A stretch of DNA of 64,000 bases from Macrostomum lignano (taxonomy: Eukaryota): positions 108,394 through 172,393 of the forward strand of contig NIVC01002030.1 of assembly GCA_002269645.1 (NCBI GenBank). Reading direction: 5' to 3'. The notes below the pieces were generated by a model. It searched no databases. It was given only the letters and a program-made list of their open reading frames with translations, and was not told where the DNA came from. The position numbers and the translations under genes were made by a program. Position 1 is the first letter of the stretch, and every line of letters begins with the position of its first letter. Shown here piece after piece: positions 1 to 13,640 of the stretch.

Positions 1-3000
1 CCCTCCTTGGCCTTTTTGAGCACTCCGGTGAACAGCTGGACAATGTCAGGCGGCACCCCGCTGTCCATTGCCAGGTGCTCCAGCACCATCAGCAGGTCCG
101 TCTGGCCTAGCTTGCGGAGACCTTCGCTGCGGAACACCCATACAGTCTTCTGGGAGCAGCAGACCACTGGAGCAGTGGAGCAGGTATGTGAGGTAGTGAG
201 AGTTGATACGGGTTAAGGGGGCAAGTCAGGGGTAATCCAACAGGGGAAATCCAACAGGGGAATCCAACAGGCGAAATCCAACAGGGGAATTCCAACAGGG
301 GAAATCCAACAAGGGAAACCCAACAGGGGAAATCTAACAGGCGAAATCCAACAGGAGAAATCCAACAGGAAATCCAACAGAGGAAAACCAACAGGGGAAA
401 TCCAACAGGAGAAACCCAACAGGAGAAATCTAACAGGCGAAATCCAACAGGAGAAATCGAACAGGAAATCCAACAGGGGAAATCCAACAGGAGAAACCCA
501 ACAGGGGAAATCCAACAGGGGAAATCCAACAGGGGAAATCCAACAGGGGAACCCAACAGGGGAACCCAACAGGGGAAATCCAACAGGGGAAATCTAACAG
601 GCGAAATCCAAAAGGAGAAATCCAACAGGAAATCCAACAGAGGAAAACCAAAAGGGGAAATCCAACAGGAGAAACTCAACAGGGGAAATCTAACAGGCGA
701 AATCCAACAGGAGAAATCGAACAGGAAATCCAACAGGGGAAATCCAACAGGAAAAACCCAACAGGGGAAATCCAACAGGGGAAATCCAACAGGGGAACCC
801 AACAGGGGAACCCAACAGGGGAAATCCAACAGGGGAAATCTAACAGGCGAAATCCAAAAGGAGAAATCCAACAGGAAATCCAACAGAGGAAAACCAAAAG
901 GGGAAATCCAACAGGAGAAACTCAACAGGGGAAATCTAACAGGCGAAATCCAACAGGTGAAATCGAACAGGAAATCCAACAGGGGAAATCCGACAGGGGA
1001 AATCCAACAGGGGAAATCCAACAGGAAAAACCCAACAGGGGAAATCCAACAGGGGAAATCCAACAGGGGAAATCCAACAGGGAACCCAACAGGGGAACCC
1101 AACAGGGGAAATCCAACAGGAGAAATCCAACAGGCGAAATCCTACAGGGGAAATCCAACAGGGAAAATCCAACAGGGGAAATCCAACAGGAAAAATCCAA
1201 CAGGGGAAATCCAACAAAAGAAATCCTACAGGGGAACCCAACAGGGGAACCCAACAGGGGAAATCCAACAGGGGGAATCCAACAGGAAAAATCCTACAGG
1301 GGAAATCCAACAGGGGAAATCCAACAAGGGAAACCCAACAGGGGAAATCTAACAGGCGAAATCCAACAGGAGAAATCCAACAGGAAATCCAACAGGAGAA
1401 ATCCAACAGGAAATCCAACAGAGGAAAACCAACAGGGGAAATCCAACAGGAGAAACCCAACAGGGGAAATCTAACAGGCGAAATCCAACAGGAGAAATCC
1501 AACAGGAAATCCAACAGGGGAAATCCAACAGGGGAAATCCAACAAGGGAAACCCAACAGGGGAAATCTAACAGGAGAAATCCTACAGGGGAACCCAACAG
1601 GAAAAATCCACACAGGGGAAATCCAACAAGAGAAATCCTACAGGGGAACCCAACAGGGAACCCAACAGGGGAAATCCAACAGGGGAAATCCAACAGGCGA
1701 AATCCTACAGGGGAAGTCCAACAGGGGAAATCCAACAGGAGAAATCCAACAGGGGAAATCCAACAGGAGAAATCCAACAGGGGAAATCCAACAGGGGAAA
1801 TCCAACAGGGGAAATCCAATAGGAGAAATCCCACAGGGGAACCCAACAAGGGAACCCAACAGGGGAAATCCAACAGGGGAAATCCAACAGGGGAAATCCA
1901 ACAGGCGAAATCCAACAGGGAAAATCCAACAGGGGAAATCCAACAGGAGAAATTAAACAGGGAAATCCAACAGGGGAAATCCAACAGGGGAAATCCAACA
2001 AGGAGAATCCGACGCGGAAAATCCAACAAGGGAAATCCGACGCGGAAAATCCAACAGGGGAATCCAGCAGGAATAATGCAGCAGGGATAATCCAGCAAGG
2101 ATAATCCAGTAGAGATAATCCGCTCAGCGTCCCAGTGACTCACGCGTGATGAGACGCACTTTGACGGTGACCCGGTTCGGCGCCTCCTGCAGCACGAACT
2201 CCCAGTCCATGGCGTCAGTGGCGTCCTCCTGTTGCTGCCTGACCAGAGTTTTCAACTTCTCTGTCTGCTGCGGCGAGGTGGTCTCTGACGTCGGATCGGT
2301 GATGCAGCGACGCTGCTGTCGCTGCTGCTGCAGAGGAGACGCCGTCCCAGTTGTGAGGGTGTGGCTCTTCTCGACCTGGTCTGAAAGGCGGCCAGTTGGA
2401 TAGCGCTTGGAGAACAGCGCGGGCTGCTGGTCCTGCACTTCCTTCTGTCTGACCAGGCGGGCCTTCGCCAGCTTAAGCGGCGATCTGGCGGCCTTGCTCA
2501 TGGCTGAGCTGGGGGGGGCTCCCCGCCGCCTTGCTATCCTCCTCTCTGTCTGCCCGGCTGAGCAGAGACAGATAGAGAGTGGCAAGGGACTGGACAGCGG
2601 ACAGGCCAAGCGCTAGGCAATCGTTGAAGCGTGGAGCGTCTTCCTAAGTCGCTTGAATTGACCGACTGTCTGCTTCTTTTTCTGTTGCCGCTGCTTTCGC
2701 TTTTCCTGTCTCTTTTTCTTCTTTTACTTATCCGCGCTTCTGCCCTGTTCCGATGGGCTCCTGAGCGATATGAGACTGGGGTCCCTGTGAGCACAGACTC
2801 TGCTCCTTGCTTCCTTCTTCTTCTCTTTCCTCCCAGCGGTGGCGGGAGAGGCTGAGAAGCTATTTGACTCAGGCCAATCCTGGAGCACTCAAACTATTGG
2901 CTTGGCCGCTGTAGGAGATGAGGCTGATGAAGGACTGCTCTGGACTCTAAGCCGGGCTCTCTCTTGACTGGGAATTCATTTTTGCCGAGGAGACGAGGCG

Positions 3001-5216
3001 AGAGAGAGGGGAGCGCAGAAGCCGATTAAATGGAAATTTATATTCGACCGCAAATATAGGCTGTCGGACTTATCGGTGCCGGTCGATAACGACCGCTCGT
3101 CCAATTTTTCTGGGGAAGAACCGGACGGATTTGGGAATGAAATAACTGCAGCGGGAGCCGCCACCTGTGCTGGATTTTTGCCCCTGTCCGCCCTCTGCCC
3201 CAACTTTTTCGATACTCAACTGAAGTCTAGCTATTGGGGTCGCTCTGTAGTGACTGCGAGGAACAGTAAATAGAGATTGCCAGTCTATGCAATGGGATTA
3301 AACCTTTTTCGTAAGAAAACTATTTATTGAACACTTGGGAATGGCGCGCTGCGTGTTAGCTAATCCTCATACTAAGGCAGTAAGAACACAAACAATAGCA
3401 TTTTGAGTATTTCTATTTTGCCTATGGTTAGATAAAGTTGATAGTTGGACAGATCAAGTGGATGATCTTCATTCGCTGCGGCAGCTACCATAGACAATAA
3501 AGCTACAATAGTTCAGTTGGCACTTCCTAGCCCGATGAGATGTCTATGGTCAAAATACCATTATCCCACCGAGACTGACTATGGTAAATCCTCGCTTGGC
3601 GCTGCGCAATCTTAGAAACTGAATCGAACTACTTTGATTAGCCGGCTCAGTCTTGCTTGTCAGCACTTGCTCGAACCGCTGGAGGTTTTTCTATTTCTTC
3701 TGCTGGCAGAAAAAGCTGAAGAAGCCACTGCCCCCCCCCCAAAAGCAGTGCCGTCTCTGATCGAAGCAAACGAGTCCGCCACTCCCGCTTGCCTCCCGCG
3801 GCCATGAATAATGATTGATGACGAGTCGAGTCGCTTCCAGCATGCAGCCTCCTCTCCCTCCCGCTCCATCATTCTTAGGTCAGCTCACGCTCTGCATAGC
3901 CTGAGGCCGCAGTGTTTACCCCATCGACTTTTGTTGCCCTCTGGCTCTGGCTAAGTGAGCCACTCCGCTACTCTCCTCAACCGCTCCTTCCTCCTTCGTT
4001 CTCTCTCTCTCTCTATTCCTGCTCCCCTCTCTTACAAGACAAGAGGCCGGAGGCAATCCATTTCCTTCACCAGAAACCTGCTAGGCTCACTATACTGCAG
4101 ATTTACAAATCTGTGCATCTCGACAGGACTTTAACAAAAACAGCCGGCGTGTTCGGTGTTGGAAATTGAGTAAACTGCTGCCGGGTCAGGGCGATCAAGT
4201 CGGCCCCATTAGCTAAGAGGAACACTACGGTTGCTTGGAGCTTTCATGTATAATCCAGTCTCGTGTTACACGATTGATATAAAGCGGTTTCACAACAGAC
4301 TGACGACGGCAAAAAAGCGGCTCCACATTTTGAGGAAAAAATTCTACTTAGAATGCTGTGACTCCTGAGCACTGTACGCAGGCACGCACTCATATACACG
4401 CTCACACGGGGTGTACAGCAGCCCTTTGACTTTCTAATCGTCAGGCAAGTACACTCCTTGTGCCTCGAGGGTTGGCCCTCAAGGCTGTGAATGTGACAGC
4501 GCACGGAATCGAACCAGGGGGTCCTGCCTGAATTGCTCTCTCCCTGTTGACTCAACTTTGCAGGATTCTGTCATCGACTCAGAAAGACAGCCCTGACAGC
4601 CCCCCCGTCACGAATCCAATCTTATCTCTGCTCGATCTGAGGAAGCAGCCGCCGCGGCTACGAATTTCTGCAAGCAATGCTCTGCGTCGCTCTTCTTCTC
4701 TTCTTATTTTGCACTTTTTAGCGAGAAAAGCAGCGAAAAGCTGCCCTGATTTCCTGCGCTTGCTTCTTCTTTTCTGGAGTGGAGCTGCCGAGCGGCGCGA
4801 TGAGGCTGGGGAAGCCCAAGCCCCTCGACAGCTCAAAAGCTTTGATTCCGGCAACTGAGGGGGCAGGGTTGGCTGGCGATAAGCATGTCGCACTAGCCGC
4901 AGATACAGAGGAATGTATAATGTATGTAATGTGTAGCGAAATTGCTTTGGAAAATGCACCCGTTTCGCTAGTACGCTTGTAAGCAACATTATTTTCGGCT
5001 TAGTTGTGAGACAAATTTCAGACGGCTACAATTTCGCTATTAAGTAACTATCGGTAGCGCCAAACTGCATACTACTTACTTACTAAGTAGTTTAAATATG
5101 TAACTCTTTGATCTCGGAAATTTTCGGAACAGTTTAAAGGGATCGATTTGAAATGGCGGGCAATGATTTATTGAGCCGTAAACCGATCAACAAAGGCTTT
5201 TTAAAACTGCCTCAAC

Positions 5217-5258
<42 letters not shown>

Positions 5259-5690
5259 TAAAGATATGCATGAATGAGCCTGTTTAATATACACGGTATA
5301 TCCGGGTAACTCTGTACTCTATAAGATACACTGAGTCGCTTTTTAAAAAAGCTATTTTTTGCCACAGTCCAAAATTTAGAAACATTTATGCAAAAAAAAT
5401 TTGCACGCTAAACTCTTTACTGCCAGTAGACAGCGATGCAACTTACCCTTTTGCTGTTGCTGTTGCGGGTCAAAGTCCAGCTGGCTAGTCAGGGTGGACG
5501 AGTTCGGTAGCTGCTGTCTGCCCGTCTCCCTGGCCGCCTTTGACAGCTGGCTCAGCACCGACTGGCTCTCGGCCAGCCGCTGGTAGTACTCGGCCGCGTG
5601 AGGCTGCGAGTTCGAGCGGGACCTCCGGCCTGGACTGCCTCTGCGGAATTTGGGAGGAGCCAAGCCTGCACCGCTGCACTGCCCGCTGCT
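1..5690 (-). CDS. ZFYVE9: SARA/endofin (ZFYVE9/ZFYVE16)-like protein, partial; exons 5690-5447, 2557-2144, 166-<1 (continues off the window)
   Basis: Manual splicing with canonical GT/AG and matching phases gives ...QQQEDATDAMDWEFVLQEAPNRVTVKVRLITLVCCSQKTVWVFRSEGLRKLGQTDLLMVLEHLAMDSGVPPDIVQLFTGVLKKAKEG. This matches my recollection of the SARA C-terminal region (FVL...VKI...CC...W.F...G...GQ.E...L..L.....P.DI...F). No FYVE motif seen. Confidence 0.7.
233..2075. repeat. Intronic minisatellite, ~14-bp unit AGGGGAAATCCAAC with variants and higher-order blocks
   Basis: Direct tandem repeat; source of the many LLDFPCWISPVGF ORFs. Confidence 0.97.
4362..4530 (-). mobile_element. Putative tRNA-derived SINE, family 2, copy 1
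   Basis: Box-B-like GGTTCGATTCC on the minus strand; shares CCTGAGCAC, GTACGCAG, GTCAGGCA, GGGTT.GGCC.TCA and AATGTGAC...CGGAATCGAAC with 36620-36830. Confidence 0.5.
5219..5256. repeat. (CT)n microsatellite
   Basis: Direct. Confidence 0.95.
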
Positions 5691-5738
5691 CTGACGAAAG
5701 AAAACTGCTGAACTGCTCAATAGCCAATTGAGTTCAGC

Positions 5739-6806
5739 ACATCGAATCCAATCTATCGAGTCCAATCAATCAAGTCCAATCTATCGAGTCCAACCCATTG
5801 AGTCCAACCCATCGAGTCCAACCCATCGAGTCCAACCTATCGAGTCCGATCTATCGAGTCCAACCCATCAAGTCCAATCTATCGAGTCCAACCCATTGAG
5901 TCCAACCCATCGAGTCCAACCCATCAAGTCCAATCTATCGAGTCCAACCCATTGAGTCCAACCCATCGAGTCCAACCCATCGAGTCCAACCTATCGAGTC
6001 CGATCTATCGAGTCCAACCCATCAAGTCCAATCTATCGAGTCCAACCCATTGAGTCCAACCCATCGAGTCCAACCCATCGAGTCCAACCTATCGAGTCCG
6101 ATCTATCGAGTCCAACCCATCAAGTCCAATCTATCGAGTCCAACCCATTGAGTCCAACCCATCGAGTCCAACCCATCGAGTCCAACCTATCGAGTCCGAT
6201 CTATCGAGTCCAACCCATCAAGTCCAATCTATCTATCAAGTCCAACCCATCGAGTCCAATCTATCGAGTCCAACCCATTCAGTCCAACCTATCGAGTCCG
6301 ATCTATCGAGTCCAACCCATCAAGTCCAATCTATCAAGTCCAATCTATCGAGTCCAACCCATCAAGTCCAATCTATCAAGTTCAACCTATCGAGTCCAAC
6401 CCATCGAATCCAATCTATCGAGTCCAACCCATTCAGTCCAACCTATCGAGTCCAACCCATCGAATCCAATCTATCGAGTCCAACCCATTCAGTCCAATCT
6501 ATCGAGTCCAACCCATCGAATCCAATCTATCGAGTCCAACCCATTCAGTCCAACCTATCGAGTCCAACCCATCGAATCCAATCTATCGAGTCCAACCCAT
6601 CAAATCCAATCTATCGAGTCCAACCCATTCAGTCCAACCCATCGAGTCCAATCAATCGAGTCCAACCCATCGAGTCCAATCAATCGAGTCCAACCCATCG
6701 AGTCCAACCTATCGAGTCCAACCCATCGAGTCCAATCAATCGAGTTCAACCCATCGAGTCCAACCTATCGAGCCCAACCCATCCAGTCCAACCCATCGAG
6801 TCCAAC
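5739..6806. repeat. Minisatellite, 14-bp unit ATCGAGTCCAACCC / ATCGAGTCCAATCT
   Basis: Direct tandem repeat. Confidence 0.97.
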
Positions 6807-7387
6807 AAACTCAGCCCAGAGCTTTTCTAGTCAAGCAAATACTAGTCGCAGATAATAGTGAAATGAATAAATTTCCCCATAGCAGACTCAAACAGAATTC
6901 TAATTGGCTTATCATTGACTGTTAGTTAACACGAGCGGGCTCTGTGCTCTCCCGCCAGGAATCGCCCGGCCAGATGAGCGTGACTGAGACTCGGAAACCG
7001 TTTCGGTTGTTTCAGCTCCGACCCGCGCAGATGGCCAGCCCATTGCTTGTTCAGTGCGACTCTACCTTCGATCTAACCCAAAATTAGATTTATATCTAGC
7101 ATCTATATATCTATGCTGGTAGGATCCAACGCATTGAGTGCGTGAGCACATTAGTGCTATGCTCAAGCTCTATAGTAACCCCGGCACGCTATGAACTCAA
7201 GAGAGTCCCGACTCTGAGCACTTCCGATTTAGTTGTTCACGGGTCTCAGGTGTGGGGGCTAAGCGAATCTTTGCTGGTTAATGACTGGCAGGCCTGTTAC
7301 AATGGTTTCTTTACCGACAGTGGCTCTCTGGCTGGCTCCAGTGAAAACCGAATTATTTCTAATAGAATCCATGCATTCCGGTTTGCA

Positions 7388-8892
7388 TGGCTGGTGTTGT
7401 GACTGGAGATGCAATCGGGACTATTGAGATGTGCATTGCTGATGTTGTGACTGGAGATGGGATCGGGACTATTGAGATGTGCATTGCTGATGTTGTGACT
7501 GGAGATGGGATCGGGACTTTTGAGATGTGCATTGCTGGTGTTGTGACTGGAGATGCAATCGGGACTATTGAGATGCGCATTGCTGGTGTTGTGACTGGAG
7601 ATGGGATCGGGACTATTGAGATGTGCATTGCTGGTGTTGTGACTGGAGATGCAATCGGGACTATTGAGATGTGCATTGCTGGTGTTGTGACTGGAGATGG
7701 GATCGGGACTATTGAGATGTGCATTGCTGATGTTGTGACTGGAGATGCAATCGGGACTATTGAGATGTGCATTGCTGGTGTTGTGACTGGAGATGCAATC
7801 GGGACTATTGAGATGTGCATTGCTGGTGTTGTGACTGGAGATGCAATCGGGACTATTGAGATGTGCATTGCTGGTGTTGTGACTGGAGATGGGATCGGGA
7901 CTATTGAGATGTGCATTGCTGGTGTTGTGACTGGAGATGGGATCGGGACTATTGAGATGTGCATTGTTGATGTTATGACTGGAGATGGGATCGGGACTAT
8001 TGAGATGTGCATTGCTGATGTTGTGACTGGAGATGGGATCGGGACTATTGAGATGTGCATTGCTGGTGTTGTGACTGGAGATGCAATCGGGACTATTGAG
8101 ATGTGCATTGCTGATGTTGTGACTGGAGATGGGATCGGGACTATTGAGATGTGCATTGCTGATGTTGTGACTGGAGATGGGATCGGGACTATTGAGATGT
8201 GCATTGCTGGTGTTGTGACTGGAGATGGGATCGGGACTATTGAGATGTGCATTGCTGGTGTTGTGACTGGAGATGCAATCGGGACTATTGAGATGTGCAT
8301 TGCTGATGTTGTGACTGGAGATGGGATCGGGACTATTGAGATGTGCATTGCTGATGTTGTGACTGGAGATGGGATCGGGACTATTGAGATGTGCATTGCT
8401 GATGTTGTGACTGGAGATGGGATCGGGACTATTGAGATGTGCATTGCTGATGTTGTGACTGGAGATGGGATCGGGACTATTGAGATGTGCATTGCTGGTG
8501 TTGTGACTGGAGATGGGATCGGGACTATTGAGATGTGCATTGCTGGTGTTGTGACTGGAGATGCAATCGGGACTATTGAGATGTGCATTGCTGGTGTTGT
8601 GACTGGAGATGGGATCGGGACTATTGAGATGTGCATTGCTGGTGTTGTGACTGGAGATGCAATCGGGACTATTGAGATGTGCATTGCTGATGTTGTGACT
8701 GGAGATGGGATCGGGACTATTGAGATGTGCATTGCTGATGTTGTGACTGGAGATGGGATCGGGACTATTGAGATGTGCATTGCTGATGTTGTGACTGGAG
8801 ATGGGATCGGGACTATTGAGATGTGCATTGCTGATGTTGTGACTGGAGATGGGATCGGGACTATTGAGATGTGCATTGCTGATGTTGTGACT
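7388..8892. repeat. Minisatellite, 48-bp unit (GATGTTGTGACTGGAGATGGGATCGGGACTATTGAGATGTGCATTGCT), ~31 copies
   Basis: Highly homogeneous tandem repeat; open in several frames. Confidence 0.97.
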
Positions 8893-9276
8893 ATTGAGTT
8901 GCAAAACTTAAGAACTCCTCGGCAGACAGCTCAAGCTGATGTAGGTATAGACTCACATGTTGTTGCCCATTGCGACTTGGGCGATTTCTATAAAACTGGG
9001 TGGCTGCCTGACAACAGAGAGGAGTTCGTGTGTACGAGTAGTGTATGCACTCGACGACGGTGCATGGTGCCAGCTGGAGTCGCCTGCTAAGGGACTAAAA
9101 AAGTTGAGCTTTTTCTTTGGCAGATTTATCTTGAAAATCCCAAATGGGCGGAGGAGCCAGCCAGTGAGCAGTTGCTCCCAATATCTCATCCCAGGTCTCC
9201 CCTCATCCCAGTGATTCGCAGCAAATCCTCCAATAATTTTGCAACTTTCTCAGGCTCACAGGCCTTTTCTAACTGG

Positions 9277-9485
9277 CTGGATGCATAGCAACTGGGATGT
9301 ACCATAGACACTGACTGCATAGCAACTGGGATGCACCAGAGATACTGACTGCACAGCAACTGGGATGTACCATAGACACTGACTGCATAGCAACTGGGAT
9401 GCACCAGAGATACTGACTGCACAGCAACTGGGATGCACCATAGACACTGACTGCATAGCAACAGGCGAAATACCATAGAGATGCA
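9277..9485. repeat. Minisatellite, 34-bp unit ACCATAGACACTGACTGCATAGCAACTGGGATGT
   Basis: About 6 tandem copies. Confidence 0.92.
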
Positions 9486-10009
9486 GACTGCATTTCTCCT
9501 TCCTCCCTAGAGTCCCATAGATAGCAAAGTGCATGCACACCCTAATTCTCTTAGCACAGCGCAGCCTAATCTCCAGGCCACATTAACGCTAGATGGCTCT
9601 GCATACGGACGTGATTCTTCCGCTCGGTCACTCCGCCCCCCCCCCCAATCTTCTACCGAATCGCGGCCCAGATTCCGAAGTTCGAATTCTGAAGCGCGCA
9701 ACCTGGCAAGTCCAGTCTGCCTCGCCGTCACCCCTTAGGCGCCAGTCTGGGGTTTCCCACCATGGGTCTGCGGGGCTCCCTGCCACTCCACTGGCTCAAT
9801 CGATTCCCGCAGATTCATCGATTAGACGTCCTCTTCCCGTCTTGCCAAGCGGGTTAGGGCGATTTCTGCCTGGGAGGCCCAGTTGCATTGGGGAAGAATA
9901 TGTTGCAAAGTTTTCATAGGAAAATTGCTGAGAAACAGCTGTGCGCACCGATTCTGCCAAATGTTGAACACTTGCGAGTCTTTCTGTGGCTTGTCGTTTT
10001 CTGTGGATC

Positions 10010-10460
10010 TTGTTCTCTCACTTCTCCTGCCATTCTCTCGCTTCTCCTGCCATTCTCTCGCTTCTCCTGCCATTCTCTCGCTTCTCCTGCCATTCTCTCG
10101 CTTCTCCTGCCATTCTCTCGCTTCTCCTGCCATTCTCTCGCTTCTCCTGCCATTCTCTCGCTTCTCCTGCCATTCTCTCGCTTCTCCTGCCATTCTCTCG
10201 CTTCTCCTGCCATTCTCTCGCTTCTCCTGCCATTCTCTCGCTTCTCCTGCCATTCTCTCACTCCTCCTGCCATTCTCTCCCTTCTCCTGGAATTCTCTCA
10301 CTCCTCCTGCCATTCTCTCCCTTCCCCTGCCATTCTCTCACTCCTCCTGCCATTCTCTCGCTTCTCCTGCCATTCTCTCGCTTCTCCTGCCGTTCTCTCC
10401 CTTCTCCTGCCATTCTCTTCCTTCTCCTGCCATTCTCTCGCTTCTCCTGCCATTCTCACT
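10010..10460. repeat. Minisatellite, 20-bp unit CATTCTCTCGCTTCTCCTGC
   Basis: Direct. Confidence 0.96.
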
Positions 10461-11142
10461 CTCTCTTTCCCTTCTTCCCTCTCATTCAATCCACTCTTAT
10501 CTCTCTTCCGCCTTCTAATCCTTTCCTCTCTCCATCCTACTGAGCTTTCAGCATCAGTTGAGAGCTCCCTCAAACCTCTTGAAGCCCAGACTCCCTACAT
10601 GCCGACCTCCCCCCTCAATCTCCATCGCCGAGCTCCTCGGGGGCCGCGCAGGCAGAGAAAGTCTGGGCATTCGAGAGACCCCAGGCGGCCGGCCATTGTC
10701 CGGATCGATGAGGACTGGAAGACTCGCCCCCCCCCCATCTATTTATCAATCCTTCAATTCTCGCCCGGACAAAAATTCAGTCAGTTAGTTTGCACGACCG
10801 CGGTCTCTAAGTGATCTGCTGGGCCCAGTCCAGTGACCCATAGGGATTATTTAGCTTGCTTTCGGCTTCGGAGGAAGGCAATTGAAGGGAGAAAGTTGAG
10901 CGGCGGGGATATGGGAAGCGAGGCGAGAGGGCTGCAGGCTGCAAACGGAGATACAGCGGGCCGCGGATTAACCGGCCGGCCAGCAGATTGAGTGAGGAAG
11001 GAAGCGGGTGAGCTGGGAGATGAAGCTGGGCTCAGAGCAATTGGAATTGGCTGGAGGCAGATGAGGGAGACAGCAGGCTGAGGCGATATGTTTAGCGACG
11101 TTTGGGTGCTAACCCGGTTACCCCTGCCGCTGTAATGAGCAT

Positions 11143-12318
11143 GTCTATAGATCTGATAGAGTTAGACTAGATCTGATGGAGTTAGACTAGATATAATAGA
11201 GTTAGACTAGATCTGATAGTGTAAGACTCGATCTGACAGTCAGACTAGATCTGATAGAGTTAGACTAGATCTGATAGAGTTAGACTAGATCTGATAGAGT
11301 AAGACTAGATCTGATAGAGTTAGACTCGATCTGACAGTCAGACTAGATCTGATAGAGTTAGACTAGATCTGATAGAGTTAGACTAGATCTGATAGAGTAA
11401 GACTAGATCTGATAGACTTAGACTAGATCTGATAGACTTAGATTAGATCTGCTAGAGTTAGACTAGATCTGATAGAGTTAGACTAGATCTGATAGAGTTA
11501 GACTAGATCTGGTAGAGTTAGACTAGATCTGATAGAGTTAGACTAGATCTGATAGAGTTAGACTAGATCTGATAGAGTTAGACTAGATCTGATAGAGTTA
11601 GACTAGATCTGATAGAGTTAGACTAGATCTGATAGAGTTAGACTAGATCTGATAGAGTTAGACTAGATCTGATAGAGTTGGACTAGATCTGATAGAGTTA
11701 GACTAGATCTGATAGAGTTAGACTAGATCTGATAGAGTAAGACTAGATCTGATAGAGTTAGACTCGATCTGACAGTCAGACTAGATCCGATAGAGTTAGA
11801 CTAGATCTGATAGAGTTAGACTAGATCTGATAGAGTAAGACTAGATCTGATAGAGTTAGACTCGATCTGACAGTCAGACTATATCTGATAGAGTTAGACT
11901 AGATCTGATAGAGTTAGACTAGATCTGATAGAGTTAGACTAGATCTGATAGAGTTAGACTAGATCTGATAGAGTAAGACTAGATCTGATAGACTTAGACT
12001 AGATCTGATAGAATTAGATTAGATCTGCTAGAGTTAGACTAGATCTGATAGAGTTAGACTAGATCTGATAGAGTTAGACTAGATCTGATAGAGTAAGACT
12101 AGATCTGATAGACTTAGACTAGATCTGATAGAATTAGATTAGATCTGCTAGAGTTAGACTAGATCTGATAGAGTTAGACTAGATCTGATAGAGTTAGACT
12201 AGATCTGGTAGAGTTAGACTAGATCTGATAGAGTTAGACTAGATCTGATAGAGTTAGACTAGATCTGATAGAGTTAGACTAGATCTGATAGAGTTAGACT
12301 AGATCTGATAGAGTTAAA
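11143..12318. repeat. Minisatellite, 20-bp unit CTAGATCTGATAGAGTTAGA with higher-order duplication
   Basis: Direct; the variant CTCGATCTGACAGTCAGA recurs at ~11227, 11325, 11763, 11861. Confidence 0.97.
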
Positions 12319-12763
12319 CTACATGTAGATCTATACACAGATAACGGTCAAACTCCCACTAAAAAGCCTACATGTTTTCAGGAAAACTTCAGAGGCCAAT
12401 TTGAAAAAAGTTCAAACACTTAAAGCAAAGCCCGATGGGACCAAAACGGAAAGCGGCACTGATGAAGAAGCGATGCTGGACTTGGAGGCCGACATCAAGG
12501 ATGGAGGGGGTTGGCGCCAGCTGCCAAAACGAATGAGCAGCAGTTTTGCTATTCTAGCTCGTATCTGTGCAAAGTCAGCGGCCAAGCCAACTTTTTTGCT
12601 CGTGAAATCCGCCTTGTGATTGAATACTCGTGTTTCACCGCCTGCGAGCTCGGGGCAGACCAAACAGATCCCACTGAGACGGCAGCGACAGATAAGTGGC
12701 CGAGGGGAATTTCGAATGAATCGAGACGTTTGGAATTTGAGAACTTGAAATCGAAAATAGAGA

Positions 12764-13030
12764 TGGAATTGGATGAGATGGGATGAGATGAAAGAATAGG
12801 ATTGAGATGGGATAATTTGGGATGAAAAAATGAGATGAGATGAGATGGGATCACATGGGATCAGATGGGGTGAAATAGGATGAGATGGGATGAAATAGGG
12901 TGAGATGAGATAAGATAGATTGAGATGGGATGAGATGGGATGGGATGAGATGAGATGGGATTAAATAGGATGAGATGAGATAATGTGGGATGAGATAGGA
13001 TGAGCTGGATTGCGAGAAAATAAGATGAAA
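12764..13030. repeat. Degenerate GATGA/GGGAT simple repeat
   Basis: Direct. Confidence 0.85.
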
Positions 13031-13290
13031 TAATATAGGGGAAGGAAGAAATGAGATTGGACGTAAAATGCTGTGATACGTTTTTATTAAATCCTTTGAC
13101 TAAGCATCGAATTTTTTAAATTAATTTGGATCTACAAACTAAAAAGAACAGAATATTGAATTGAGAACAGAACAGAGTAGATTTAGATGTTTTCAATTTA
13201 TTTTTCTACTATCAGTAGCGTACTGCAGACATGCCAATAGATTTTTTAAGAATCAAATCAAATATATTGAAAAGGGCTAATACAAACTCT

Positions 13291-13640
13291 GTCAGTTAGT
13301 CAGTCAGTCAGTCAGTCAGTCAGTCAGTCAGTCAGTCAGTCAGTCAGTCAGTCAGTCAGTCAGTCAGTCAGTCAGTCAGTCAGTCAGTCAGTCAGTCAGT
13401 CAGTCAGTCAGTCAGTCAGTCAGTCAGTCAGTCAGTCAGTCAGTCAGTCAGTCAGTCAGTCAGTCAGTCAGTCAGTCAGTCAGTCAGTCAGTCAGTCAGT
13501 CAGTCAGTCAGTCAGTCAGTCAGTCAGTCAGTCAGTCAGTCAGTCAGTCAGTCAGTCAGTCAGTCAGTCAGTCAGTCAGTCAGTCAGTCAGTCAGTCAGT
13601 CAGTCAGTCAGTCAGTCAGTCAGTCAGTCAGTCAGTCAGT
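13291..13640. repeat. (TCAG)n microsatellite
   Basis: Nearly perfect tetranucleotide run. Confidence 0.98.

Noticed and set aside
233-2075. GGGGAAATCC resembles an NF-kB/Rel site array
   Set aside because: Imperfect match to the consensus, a by-product of the repeat unit, and no functional evidence
107-2143. Many overlapping ORFs (LLDFPCWISPVGF..., KSNRGNPTGEIQQG...)
   Set aside because: Translations of the 14-bp intronic array; they lie in an intron between two in-phase SARA-like exons
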